Of a stretch of 64,000 bases of DNA, positions 12,201-25,494 are shown piece after piece. The position numbers and the translations under genes were made by a program. The stretch is from NCBI GenBank assembly GCA_964016885.1, contig OZ024747.1:31062001-31126000 (forward strand), written 5' to 3'. The notes under the pieces were generated by a model. The model was not told the DNA's origin. It saw only the letters and a list, made by a program, of their open reading frames with translations, and searched no databases. Positions within the stretch are counted from its first letter, which is position 1, and every line of letters starts with the position of its first letter. The stretch is from Eledone cirrhosa (taxonomy: Eukaryota).

Positions 12201-13679
12201 TTATCATAGCATCAGTACTAGCAATGTCATTATATCTTCAGGAGAACTAAAGAGTCCTTTAAATCAAACATTACCACTTTACAAAGTGTACTTGGTGCAT
12301 TTTGTCATACTGCCAGAGCACATAAAATTAAAGTGTACTCACTACCTTCATTGTCTCTTGTCATTTGAGAAAACAAGACCCAGAGAATGAGTAGTACAAA
12401 GATCAATTGCAAGTAAAGACCTTAAAAAGGGATAATTTAACATTACAATGTATTCTCTACATACTCCAAGAAACTTTTGATTTATTACAAAGTTAACTAC
12501 TGAAGATAAAAAATATTCAGATGATATTATTCCTTGAATGATCAATAAGAACCCAAACCTCATTTGCTTATCGTGTAAGGTGGAACTCATCAAATCGAAC
12601 CAAGGAAACAATGTTTCCATTGGCCCCTCTATTGCTGAAGAAATCTACTGGTTGCAATTCCTTTTATTCGAACACATTACGATGATGATGAACACATGAT
12701 GATGATGATAGCTTGGGGACTTAATATAAAGAGCAATTAATGATGATGATGATAATGTTGATGATGATTTTGCGACTCAGTATAAAGAGCAATATTACTG
12801 AGTTGAAATCACACAAGGGTCGTCTTTAACTTTCATCCTTCTGAAGTCAATAAAATAAACTTCAACATAAGCATTATGGTTGATTTTATGTCAGCTATGC
12901 ATAGGGAATATAATAGAAAACACTAAATTTATTAATGTATTTAACTTGACTTTCTTTCAAATATGTAGTTGTTTCATGGCTAATAAGATCTAAGGTTCTT
13001 TAACAATTGTGTCTTTAAGGAAGACTTTTGCTCTTTATTTGGCAGGGGTGGGGGTGGGGATAATTGATAATGTATTTATCACAGCTAGAACACAAATAAT
13101 TTACTAATATTAATGAGCCTAATTGCCCCAAATCATCTCCATGCGTGCATAATTTTCCAAAATGTGACAACTGTTTTGAATAATTCAAACAAAGAGGAAT
13201 AGATTTTATGCCATGAGAAAGAAGAGAAGTCTAACTTTTAAAGTTAAGGAGAAAAGGCATATAAGCTGGTGTTGAAGAATATATAAACTAAAATTAAATG
13301 AGAGAGAGAGAGAGGAGGGACGGAGAGATAAGGGAACGGAAAGGAAGAGGTACGAATTGTTAATGTAGGGAGGCAGCAACATGTGATACAAGTAGAAACT
13401 AGAAAGAATGACAGCAAATATAAAAATACCTGCCGCATTATCACCACTAAATACAGCTACCATCCTAATACACATCTGTGTGTGTGTGTATACAAGTGCG
13501 TGTGTGTATACAAGTATGTGTGTATACAAGTGTGTGTGAGTAAAGCGGTGCATATATGCATTTAGATTCAAACTTTCTGTTCTTCTTTTATTTTTAGTCT
13601 TGGAATGCTGCTTCATTATAGATAAGACAGGGTCCTAATAAGTATCCTTCAATGTAAAGTTCCAGGCTCCTGTGTAGCA

Positions 13680-13734
<55 letters not shown>

Positions 13735-14542
13735 GATCGTTTTTGGAAGCCTCTACAATGCAGATGGATAACTCTCTGGTTAACAATAATAGGTGGCAGT
13801 AGGAAGAATGGGATAAAAAAGGAGGGAAAAAATAGGAAAAAGAAATGTATGCCTTTCATTCTTTCAAGGTCTCTAAAAAAGGATTAGGCCAGAACTAGGG
13901 TTAATTCTTTCTCTATATCTCTTTCTCACTTCCTCTCTCTCTCCTTTGGATGAGACTAGACAGGCTCTACCAGGAAGTATGGGTTGCTGAGGTGAGTGAA
14001 AAAAAGAAACTGTTGATGTATGATCTGTCTATATCAAGTTGTGAGAAGCACTAAGGGGGCTGGATCATTAAATAATTTATATAAATTATTAGACCCATAC
14101 GTAAAATACAGTGTTAGGAATTACATGACCAAATGCAATTGTTATTTTTTAGCTGATTTTATGTTTATCAGAAAGATGGTGCTCAGATGTTTGGGCAGGG
14201 CACAATTTCAATGCTTTCTATAGGTGCTATTTCCCCTCATTACATTTCTGATGGGTTCATAAATGCTTGAAACTTTCTATGGAATTTACATTGAAAATTC
14301 AGTTTCAAAATGTGCTACTCTTATGGAACTCCTCCTCCTTTTTAATCATTTCAACTGAAGATAGGCAATTTGGTATAAATCTGAAATAGATCTTCAGAGG
14401 TTCCTACTTTTCACAGTTAGCTACAATTTAATAATTACTGTAAAGAAAAGTTGTTTGCAAAACTTGCAATTCTTTTGCTTATTTCAATAAAAGCTGTCTT
14501 AAAGAGATCACCTAACATTCCTTCTTTTCACAGTTGACTACA

Positions 14543-14927
14543 ATCATCATCATCATCATCATCACCGTTTTACGTTCGTTCTTCCACGCTAGCATGGGTT
14601 AGATGGGTTGTCCTGTTGTGGGCAGTGTCTGGTCGGCTGACCATGCCTTGCTCATACAGGAACTGATTTGGCTTGATTTCTACAGCTGGATGCCCTTCCT
14701 AACACCAACCTCATTTACAGTGAGTGCTGGGTGCTTTTTCGTGGCGCCTACATGTCCACTTTACAGTGTGGGCTGGGTGCTTTTTTGCCGTGGCACCTCC
14801 ACGACCATCTTGTGGTGGGGGGTGTGGGGGCATATTCTCTATATGCTTCAGCTTGTACCCATGGGAGGTCGGGTACTCTGTATTACTGCGTGACGCCAGA
14901 AGTCACGGTCGTGTGTCATTGCCTTTG
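14543..14927 (-). mobile_element. RTE family B 3'-end fragment
   Basis: Near-identical reverse complement of 41140-41525; encodes KAMTHDRDFWRHAVIQSTRPP; 5' break at (TA)n. Confidence 0.9.
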
Positions 14928-15208
14928 ATATATATAATATATAACCAGCAATTTCTCTGTCTGTCTGTCCGACAGTGGAAACACGTGCGTGCGTGGTTGC
15001 TATCTCTCTCTCTCTCCAGCTATCCCTCTCGTTTAGTCTGACTGTTTCTCTCACTCTCACTCTTTCACTTTGTAACACACTAACATTCCTCCCCTCTATC
15101 GCTGTGACGAATGGGGAGATGGAGGAGGAGGAGGGGGAGAGAGTCACTTCGTCACTTCACCTCTGCCTTTCTTTCTCTCCCCTCTCACTCCCTCATTACG
15201 TACAGACA

Positions 15209-15403
15209 TTAGGGCGGTGGATTGGCAGAATCTGTAGAGAGTCGGACACCATGCTTCATAGCATGGAGTTACGTCCCTTTACGGTCTGAGTTCAAATACC
15301 GCCGAGGTTAACTTTGCCTTTCATCCTCACAGGGTCGATAAAATAAAGTACCAGTAATGTACTGGGTAATTGCTGGCCTTGTGCCAACAGTAGAAACAAT
15401 TAT
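15209..15403 (+). mobile_element. tRNA-derived SINE, family 1
   Basis: GGGCGGTGGATTGGCAGAATC...GAGTTCAAATACC...CTTTGCCTTTCATCCT...GGCCTTGTGCCAACAGTAGAAACAATTATT. Confidence 0.85.
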
Positions 15404-15522
15404 TAGAAACATTGCTTCATTTTTACATATCTAAGCATTAGTAAAATAACTAATAATTTCAAAAGTAATTTTTCAATTCCAATTGTTATGAACAGCAAAA
15501 CATTAATAATAATTTTGTTCTA

Positions 15523-15549
15523 AGAAATATATATACATTTCTGTGTGTG

Positions 15550-15612
<63 letters not shown>

Positions 15613-15638
15613 GAAATATATATACATTTCTGTGTGTG

Positions 15639-15697
<59 letters not shown>

Positions 15698-15725
15698 GAA
15701 ATATATATACATTTCTGTGTGTGTA

Positions 15726-15760
<35 letters not shown>

Positions 15761-15788
15761 GAAATATATATACATTTCTGTGTGTGTA

Positions 15789-15821
<33 letters not shown>

Positions 15822-15830
15822 GAAATATAT
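15523..15830. repeat. Compound minisatellite of palindromic units separated by (TA)n
   Basis: Repeated CACACAGAAAT-ATATATAC-ATTTCTGTGTG-TGTAA(TA)n, about 4 units. Confidence 0.9.
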
Positions 15831-16080
15831 GGGCATTTCTCTGTTTGTCTGTCTGTCCTTCCCTAAAACTCAAATGTAGGTGCTACAGAAATATTACCTT
15901 CCCCTTCTTTTCTCCACTTTGGTACTACCAAGAGAAACACTGTCGCTATAGAAACATTACCTTCCTCTCTCCACTGACTTTGGTCACTGAGGCCGAGGGA
16001 ATTGCTGGTTGCTATAGAGACACCTTGCACAAGCCAGAAGTAACTAGTTCGAGGCGGTTCTGACTTGACACCATGCCAAG

Positions 16081-16594
16081 TCTACTTATAATATATAATG
16101 GGCATTTCTCTCTTTGTTTGTCTGTCTGTCCGTCTGTAAAAAATGCCAAGGAAACAAATAGACGCGGTTTCAAATCTCTATGCTTTTCAAATTCATTACA
16201 TTAATCTTTATTTATACGTTTCGCTTTACGAGTGTTTCGACTTACGAGTGTTTCGGCTTGCGAGTGTTTCGGCTTATCATTATATATAAACGTTTCTATT
16301 TCCATCATTTTATCGTAAATGTTTATATATTTCCATCGTTATATCATAACGTTTATGTATCATAACGTTTATATTTCCATCACTAATCTCTTTTTCTCCT
16401 TTTTCGTTTTAACATATATTTATTTCAAAGATTTCACCGTATAGATAACATATATATTTATACATGCATAAAAGACACACCGAGAGACAGTGAACATGTG
16501 GTGCCGAAAACATTTCTCATCCAAATCTCAACAATATCAGTATATACACTAGATTTGCTTGCAGAAAACCGCCCACCGAGTGGTTTTCTGCTAG
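16081..16594 (+). mobile_element. Non-autonomous Helitron-like element
   Basis: 5' TCTACTTATAATATATAAT followed by a (GTCT)n tract. 3' hairpin GCAGAAAACCGC/GTGGTTTTCTGC runs into CTAG followed by T. Internal 16-bp repeat x3 at ~16227-16275. Confidence 0.65.
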
Positions 16595-17794
16595 TCTATA
16601 TATATAAAACTGAGGATGTCTGTCTGTGTGTGTGTGAGTTTGAATCCCTAAAACTATAATTTAATAAATGTAGTATAATTGTGGCAGTGACCATGTTGTA
16701 AATGTCTAACATATTTGACTCTTTCTAGTATACAATGCTATCACAAAATACGAAATGAAAATTAATTTAATGGTATATTTCTGTTTTAAATGGCTATTGG
16801 GACTTTACTATGATGAAAATCTACCAAGATGTTAATTCAATAATTCTTCTTTCTTTTTTTCTTTTTTACAAATATCTATCTAAAACAATGGTACACAAAT
16901 GTACATGCTACTAATCATTGCAAATTGTTTATGAATACACAATATAGAGCAGTTCAATCAATATCTAATTCTCCAAAGAACTATCTTTATGATGCCAATA
17001 AAACCGAGCTTCAAAGATGCTCAATTCTAAAGCATAGAATCTGCAATCAAATGCAATTGACAAAAGAACTAGTTAGATTCCATAAAGTCTAGCTTTAAAA
17101 TCAACTTAATGAGCTATTTATTGGATTAAGGCTCAAAGCACTAAACTGATACTAGCAACCACACTTTTAAATAGTGTATGTTGCTATAATGCATATAATA
17201 TATAACAAAAAAAACAAAAAAACAATGAAATAAAACACCTTTGCCACTAATACAACATCTGAAAACACATTTCAATTTCTATATATTTATACAAGGTCAA
17301 TTTTCTATTCAGAATTTAGAGAACACAACAGAAAGAAAGGAAAAAGAAAAACATTAGAAAGACAAGATTAGCAATCTGAAAAGCAAAATATTGATTTATT
17401 TCAATACCTCAGTAGTTCAAAACTTTGGAATAACGAGTGAGTTAATTAGTCTCATTGTTTCAAAACTTTATTCAAATAAGTAAATTAAAAAAATAATAAT
17501 AATAATGAATAACTAATAACATTAGTTGGGATACTGGATATCTGCTGATGAGATTATCATTTTTTTAAAAGTAATTATTCTGAATGAAAACTGTGAATAT
17601 CTTGATAGAGAGGAATACAGAGGAAGAGCTGAAAGATGGTAGCAGCTTTATCTGCATTGGTTGTTAATGTGTAGCAACAGTTTTTTTTTTCTCTTTTAAA
17701 GTACAAGACATAGTTATTTGTAACCTGCCAAAACTAACTTTCCCTTAAATTTCTCAAGTTTGACAAAATAGATAGCAGTAATACAACTAAAAAC

Positions 17795-18380
17795 AGAGGC
17801 TCATCAGGTCAGTGCTTATTCCGGTTTCTATGGTGTGAAGTGACTGAGAATCTCCCCTGAACAGGATGCTAGTCCATTGCAGAGTTAAGGTTTGATTAGA
17901 GCCCAAAGGTGCATCAGGCTGGTGCTTATCCTGGTTTCTTTGGAGTGAAGTGACTGAGAGTACTGCTGGACAGGACACCAGTCCATAGAGTGTTAAAGTC
18001 TATCTCATGACCAGAGGCTCATCAGGCTGGTGTTTATCCCTTTTTCCACAGCAGGATGCCAGTCCATCAAACAGGAAGTGACTGGCAGGATGCCAGTCCG
18101 TCACAGTGCTAAAGTCTGTTTTGCGCTTGAAAGCTCATCAGACTGGTGCTTATCCTAGTTCCTGTGGCATGACGTGATTGAAAGTACAAGACTCCCTTCT
18201 GGACAGAACAGCAGTCCATCACAGGGTTACCCCCCCCCCCCCCCAGCTATTGCTGGTACTCATTTTCAGCTGAATATACTGGTACAATGTGAAATTAATG
18301 TTTTTCTCAAGAACACAACACAACCCAGTACAGGAATTGAACCCACAATCATATGATCATTAGTCCAACACCCTTGCTAG
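17795..18380 (-). mobile_element. tRNA-derived SINE, family 2, with tandemly amplified 3' segment
   Basis: Minus strand has a GGTTCAATTCC B box and GGGTAACCCTGTGATGGACTG (V-domain-like). The block GCTCATCAG..GTGCTTATCC..AGTCCAT recurs about 4 times in 17795-18220. Confidence 0.7.
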
Positions 18381-18528
18381 TGGAGTTCCAGCACCGCCAC
18401 TAGCAATACAACAAGGTAGATTTAATCAATTATACTATTTCTGTCCAGCAAATCTGGCTTTGGATCTGGTCAAAATTCTTTAAAAAATAAAATATCATCA
18501 TTAGTGTTTCTAATGTGTGTTAAATTTA

Positions 18529-18860
18529 TCATCATCATCATCGTTTCATGTTCATTTTCCACGCTAGCATGGGTAAACGGGTTGTCCCATTTGAGGCAAG
18601 TCAGGTCAGATGACCATGTCTTGCTCATACAGAACTGTTTCGGGCTCGGTTTCTATGGCTGGATGACCTTCCTAATACGAACCGCATTTACAGTGTATGC
18701 TGGGTGCTTTTTGATTTGACACCCACACGACCAGTTGACAGTATTGAATGGGTGTTTTTTGTCATGATATCAACATGACCACTTTACAGTGTGAGCTGAG
18801 TGTTTTTTGTCATGTAACCAAAATAATCATATTACAGGGTGGACTGAGGCTGGGGCAGGG
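18529..18860 (-). mobile_element. RTE-tailed short element or RTE 3' UTR fragment
   Basis: (CAT)n, TTCCACGCTAGCATGGG, CTGGATGACCTTCCTAA and repeated TTTACAGTGT...GGGTG units. Confidence 0.75.
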
Positions 18861-19164
18861 TGTGTACTTATTTTTATATTTATTGAATATAATCAAGCAC
18901 ACATATTTATCTTTGTGGGTTCTAAGATATTATAAGCAGTTTCTGCTTGCTCTGATCTACATGCATGTAAATACTGTGCTCAAGGAAATTCATTGGTAGG
19001 TTTCTTAAATACTTATAATGCTTAGAGATTTATCTAAAAGAAAACATTAAAATAATTTGTTATAAACTCTTTAGAGTGAAAAAGATAATCACATACATAA
19101 ACATTTGATAAATACTACAGTCTTAGTCATTATATATATAGACATACAAATACATTACCTACAT

Positions 19165-19251
<87 letters not shown>

Positions 19252-19255
<4 letters not shown>

Positions 19256-20236
19256 AGTAACAGCAAGTGCCCACAGAATACTAGCTCATTCCATTGCACA
19301 GATGGTTCTATAGAAATAGTGGACACCTTCCGTTACCTGGGTGACAAAATCAGCAGTGGGGGGGGGGGAAGCTCTGAAAGTACAGTAGCTAGAGTCAGAA
19401 CGGGATGGAAAAAGTTCAGAGAGCTTATACTACTATTGGCTGCTAAAGGGTTCTCTCTAAAAATGAAAGGCAGGCTGTATGATGCCTGCATGCGAACAGC
19501 AATGTTACATGGCAGTGAGACCTGGGCATTGTGTGCAGAGGATATACGCAGACTGGAGAGAAATGAAGCTTGCATGCTCCACTGGATGTGTAATAGTAAT
19601 ATACGTGAACGGCAAAGCATAAACGAACTAAGGGAGAAATTAGGAATAAGAGGGATCAGATGTTGTTTACTCGAGAGAAGACTACGTTGGTACGGTCACG
19701 TGATGCGCATGAAAGATGACAGCTGTATAAAAATGTGCAGGGTGATAAAAATAGACGGTAGCCATGGAGTAGGCAGACCCAGAAAAACCTGGGAAGACTT
19801 GATAAATTCCGACCTCACACACTTACACCTCTCCAAGACTATGTCACTGGACCGAGATCTTTGGCGCTACACAGTAATACAGAAGACCCGCCTTGCCTAA
19901 GTACAAAGCGAAACCTACAGTCAGTAGGCACCTCTAACAAAATACACCTCCGTTCCACTACCCCCACCCGATCCAGTCCAAAACAAATGAGGTCGTGTAG
20001 GTGTCACGACAAAAAAACACACAGTCCACGCTGTAATGTGGCCGTGTAGGTAACACGGTAAAAACATCCCAATCCACACTGTAAATGTGGTTGGTGTTGG
20101 GAAGGGCATCCAGCCATAGAAAACCCGCCAGACAGTCCTATACGAGAAAGACAACCAATCTTGCCTCAAGTGGGAAAACTCCCGTCCAAACCCATGCAAG
20201 CGAAGATGGACGTTAAACGATGATGATGATGATGAT
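19252..20236 (+). mobile_element. RTE family A, 5'-truncated 3' fragment
   Basis: ORF 19319..19900 is very similar to the C-terminus of 30507..33050. It starts directly after (CT)n(TA)n and ends (GAT)n-ATATAT. Confidence 0.93.
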
Positions 20237-20752
20237 ATATATGGAATTAATGTAGGTAATATATTTGTCAGTTACTTCTCCTTTGTTTTTGTTGAGACTA
20301 AGGATGTGTGACGGTGGTCACAACTTAATAAATTCATAGCGGAAGGCTGTCAAATGTTTTTATATACATCCTGTATAATATTCAATATACAACACATACC
20401 TATATGTGTATAACGTTGTGTTGGAGCATAACTACTTATATATATATACATGTTAGCATAGAAAATGGATGATATACGATGATGACATATCATCATCATC
20501 ATCGTTTAACGTCCATCTTCCATGCTAGCATGGATTAGACGGTTTTGTTCCATATGAGGGTTGGGTCAGTCTATGAACTTTTGAGCCAACCATCCTATAC
20601 TATATACACCTATATACACATAGGTTCATAAAAGTACTTAAATCTAATAACTTTAAATGAGTTTTAAGATGTTAGCAAATAGAAATTGTAAGTAAATATT
20701 GAATTAAAAATAATGTTTCTAATAAGGTGTTTGAAAATTATCAACTTGTTAA

Positions 20753-20983
20753 CCCCTTAGTTACCAACCTGGCCAAAGCCAGCTCTGTTTTATGAAATAA
20801 AACCACCCATTTTAAGGGTTTCCAACTTAAATTAAAGGCTTCCAACAATTTTATATAAGAACCTTACATTAAGTTACTATCTTAGTAATGAAATAATTAA
20901 TCATTTTAGAAAATCCCTCAAAATTCTTCATTAATTAATTAAAATAGAATGTATTTCATTAGAAATGGTGTGTCATGAAAAGG
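20753..20983 (+). mobile_element. piggyBac-like non-autonomous element (TTAA-flanked)
   Basis: TTAA|CCCCTTAG...GAAAAGG|TTAA; homologous over its length to 55334-55569. Confidence 0.65.
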
Positions 20984-21442
20984 TTAAATATTAATTTCTT
21001 CAGTTTTGCAGAGTGGTTTTATTGGTGTCTTCTACAATTGCCCTCTGCTACTTTATTCCTGTATACAAACTCAGCACCTTAATGTAATATCTAATGTAGA
21101 GATTTAAAGCACTTTATTATAATACCATATAAATGAACGAAATGTAATAATTATATGAAATTTTATCAGAAATGTTAACTTAAAACGATGTATAAATGTT
21201 AAATTGTTTTATTGGCGTGCATTCATTTATCAATCTCTATCATAATTGATTGATATACCTTACTTTAGTACAATGGTGATACTATTTCAATTAAGGTCAC
21301 AACGTAGTGAAAATGATTCAATCATGGACAAAATCTATAGAAGGTCTTTAAGCAATGGAATACGACAAAACACTCTTCAAGTACACTATGCCCTCGTTGT
21401 CTATTTTAGATGACCTGAACTTACACATGTCTATTTTCAATC

Positions 21443-21722
21443 ATCATCATCATTGTTTAAATGTCCCCTTTCCCTGCTAGCAAGGGTTGGATGGGTCTGG
21501 GACTACATAGACCATGCCAATACAAAAGCGGGGCTACTGATCTACCAGACAGACTGGGGATCTGCATCACACTTATGTACAGTCACACATTCTACCAAGT
21601 GTGCAAGAGAGGTCGTCCTGTCTTTGATACAACTAAAGAGTCTTCCCAACCCTTTGTCTATCAAGCTTTCTATGGCTGGATGCCCTTCCTATCACCAACC
21701 ACTTTACAGTGTTTTCTTGGTA
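21443..21722 (-). mobile_element. RTE-tailed short element with family-C-type tail
   Basis: (CAT)n...TTCCCTGCTAGCAAGGGT matches the 46185-46231 tail, and it is joined to CTGGATGCCCTTCCTATCACCAACCACTTTACAGTG. Confidence 0.6.
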
Positions 21723-21929
21723 CATTTATTAGGGAGACAGTCAAGTCTTTGATATGACTGCATTTTCCTCACTATCCTTACTGGGGTAATGCTTCCTCTA
21801 TTTTATTTGCTGAAGTAGCTTTCACCTAAGGTTCTGCATGTCAGAATATTCTCCCACATTGTCCAGGCTTGTATCAATGGGTAGCGATAGGATTGGCTGC
21901 TGATATCTGTGACATTTGTTTTGATTTCT

Positions 21930-22055
21930 AGTGGGGGGGTAGCCATGTGATGAACTGGCATCTTGTCCAGTGGGGGAGTCTTGTACTCTCAGTTGCTTAA
22001 TGCCATAGAAACTGGAACAAGCCCTTGCTTGATGAGGGTTTGAGACAGATTTTAG
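21930..22055 (+). mobile_element. SINE family 2, 3' fragment
   Basis: GTGATGAACTGGCATCTTGTCCAGTGGGGGAGTCTTGTACTCTCAGTTGCTT...TGATGAGG. Confidence 0.55.
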
Positions 22056-22667
22056 ACTTTTTAGAAACAGAAGGCCTATGTAGCTGGAGCCAGTGCATGG
22101 GTCTTTAGGGTATTTGGCATAGATACAACAAATGCAAGTTACAAGATATGAATCAACAAACTTAATGCCAATAGGGAGAGAACCAATCAATAACTCCAGT
22201 TTCAAGACAATAAATTTTCTGGACAATATGACAGTTAATGAGAAATATTAATGTCTTAAGGAGCTACATTTCTAAAACAGATATCAGCATCATCATCATT
22301 TTTACGTTTGTTTTTCCACACTTGTATGGGTTGGATATGTCCTCTTCAGCCCAGTATCTCTCCACTTGTCATACACATGTCTGTGGAATGCTCAAACACT
22401 TGCATGTTAATTTTATGAGCAGGTTGTTCTGTTGATTGAATCAACTGGAGGTTCAACAACATGAATATATTACATATATCTTCAAACATATTTAGAATTT
22501 CAACAGTTTTCATTACATAAAGATATTACAGAGATACATTTCTGTTTGAAGCCTCAAAAATGTAGCTAAAACAGGAAACTGCAACTGCATAGTTTGCCAT
22601 GAAAGCTAGGAATTAATTGACCAAAATTTCATATACTAGCTTTAACAAAGCCTGAACCAAAGGCAAA

Positions 22668-22730
<63 letters not shown>

Positions 22731-22733
<3 letters not shown>

Positions 22734-23990
22734 TGAAGGAATTGATAAGAACTGAATACCTTCGGAGAGTAAGGAGCGTATTAAAGTCACATCTGAACAG
22801 TAGGAATGCCATAAGTGCAGTAAATTCCCGAGCTGTGTCTATTATTAGGTACAGTGCGGGAATTCTGAGATGGAATGTTGCTGAACAAAAAGAAATGGAT
22901 AGGAAGACTAGGAAGCTATTGACTATCTACAATATGTTCCACAAGAGGAGTGATGTCGATAGACTCTACTTAAGGAGATCTAGGGTGGAAGAGGTCTTAT
23001 CAGCATAGAGGACTGTGTTCAGATGGAGAAAAACAACCTACACAAATACGTGACTGATAGTAAGGAGCCAATGCTCAGAACTGTACTGACGGAGGGGACA
23101 ATAGGCCAGGGGATGTCCAAGGAGGAAATAACAGCAAGGAGGAAGAGCAGCCTTCAGGAAAAATCCCTTCATAGTACCTTCTTTGAGAAAACTGAATTTA
23201 GAGATCCACAGACATGGAACTGGTTGAAAAGAGGAGACCTTAAAAAGGCTACAGAAGGAATGTTAATGGCTGCGCAGGAGCAGGCCCTCAAAACGAAGTG
23301 GTTGAAACACCACATTTACAAGAAGGAGGCTAGCCCACTGTGCAGGATCTGTGGAGAGAGAGAGGAGACTGTGGCTCACATTGTATCCGAGTGTAAATAC
23401 CTAGCCCAGACTCACTATAAGGGCTGGAGACATGATGTGATGGGCAGGGTGATCCACTGGCACCTATGCAAAGTAAACAATTTACCACATTCTGAGAAGT
23501 GGTATGAGCATAAGCCACAGGCGGTGATAGAAAACGATCAGGTGAAGGTGCTGTGGGATTTTAGGATACAGACGGACAAGAAACTGGAACACAATAGACC
23601 TGACCTGGTGGTTTTGGACAAAGAAAAAAGATCGTGCCTGATTGTGGATGTGGCCTGCCCATTCGACACGAGAGTGCAAGAGAAGGAGAGGGAGAAAATT
23701 AACCGATACCAGGACTTAAAGTGGGAGGTAAAAAGGATTTCGAACTGCCATGAAGTCAAAGTGATCCCGATTCTCATAGGCGCATTAGGGACTATCTCAA
23801 AAAGTTTCCAGGGATGGTTAAAGAAAATTGGCCCCTTCACGCTTTTTGGAACGCTTCAAAAGGCATGCTTGCTGGGAACAGCAAGAACCCTCCGATACGT
23901 CCTGAATATCTGAGGCTGCAGGTAGTGGCTTGAAATTCATCTCAACAAACTTTCCAGTTAACTAACATCAATGACTGAGACTCAATGAGT
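22731..23990 (+). mobile_element. R4/Dong-like non-LTR retrotransposon, 5'-truncated (RT thumb, CCHC, restriction-like endonuclease)
   Basis: SDVDRLYL, EGMLMAAQEQAL, CRICGEREETVAHIVSEC, WRHD and RPDLVV...IVDVACP...EKINRYQDL (PD-D/E-type RLE); flanked by (TAA)n on both sides. Confidence 0.9.
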
Positions 23991-24012
23991 AATAACAATG
24001 ATAATAATAATA

Positions 24013-24049
<37 letters not shown>

Positions 24050-25470
24050 AGGGGAAGGTGGCGGTATCACTAGACAATGGAGTGGCTAGCAAGGAATAGG
24101 ATCGATGCCATAAACACGCTTGCCATACCATTAGTAACCTACAGTTACAATGTCATCAACTGGTCAAGCACAGAGATCCGTAGGCTCGATACAAAAATTC
24201 GAAAATCCTTAACCATGCACAGAATGCATCACCCTAAGGCAGATATTGATAGAATATATCTCCCTAGGAAAGAAGGAGGACGTGGGTTAATCCAGTTAGA
24301 CATTGCGTTGAAAACTGCAACAATTGGATTATCTACATATCTAAGCATCTTTCGATGCTTTCGTGTTTCAAAACGAGTTTGATCATCCAACATGATTGGA
24401 TGATCAAACTCGTTTTGAAACACGAAAGCATCCTTCTTGTAAAAGATGCACAAAGATACAGTAATGGACTACAAATTTCAGAAGTCCCATTTACTGCTGA
24501 AATGGAAAACACAGAAAAAGCAAAGCAGGTAAAAGTAACTGCAAAGAAAGAACTGCTACAGAAACTGGCTAAGAAATGGCAAGAAAAGCCTCTGTATGGA
24601 AAATACCCAGAGCGAGCTAACAATCCTGATGTTGACAAAACTTTAACCCATCAGTGGTTGGCATCCTCTGGACTGAAATCGGAGACTGAAGGACTGATTA
24701 TATCAGCACAAGATCAGTGTCTGCCAACAAAAAATTACCAAGCCAACATAATAAAAAATGGATGAAACCCATTATGCCATGTATGCAAAAAACAACCAGA
24801 GACCATTGACCATATAATTTCAATGTGCAGTCCTATAGCTCCAACCGAATACCTAAACAGGCATGACAGAGCTGCACAATACATACATTGGATAATGTGT
24901 AAGCATTTTGGTCTGCCCCATCAAAAGAATTGGTGGGAGCATCAACCACCTCCCGTACTTGAAAAAGATCACATCTCAATCTTGTGGAACTTTAGCATCC
25001 AAACAGACCGAAAAATAAATGCAAATAGACCTGATATAATATTGAAGGCCTTTAAAAAGAGCGTATGCCTGCTAATTGATATGTCTGTTCCAATAGGCAA
25101 GAATGTATCTATAAAAACATTTGAAAAATTGAGCAAGTATAAAGACCTGGAGATAGAAATTGGAAAAATGTGGAAGTTGAGAACTAAAACAATACCAGTG
25201 GTTGTAGGCGCTGTAGGAATGATACCTAAGGGGTCTAATGATTACTTATCACAAATCTCAGGAAACCCACGTATAGGAGAAATACAAAAGATAGTACTAA
25301 TGGGAACTGCCCATATATACTAAGGAAGATTCCGTCAATATAAGTACATCACAAGTCTAAACACCTAAAGAGGCATGTGTGTGTATGTATGTTCTTTATT
25401 GAACATGACAGACCCTGTTGTCTCTTGAGGTCACTGGTTGTGAACATAAAGCAAGATAAATGAAAAAAAA
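24050..25470 (+). mobile_element. Second, divergent R4/Dong-like element, 5'-truncated and degenerate
   Basis: HHPKADIDRIYLPRKEGGRGL, ETEGLIISAQDQCL, CHVC..ETIDHIISMC, NRHD and NRPDII..LIDMSVP..EKLSKYKDL; contains stops and frameshifts; (TAA)n flanks. Confidence 0.9.
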
Positions 25471-25494
25471 CAACAAAAACAACAACAACAACAA

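Noticed and set aside
15486-16063. YIYI-rich ORFs here and at 13635, 26802, 40424 and 43498
   Set aside because: Artefacts of stop-free (TA)n and (CA)n tracts.
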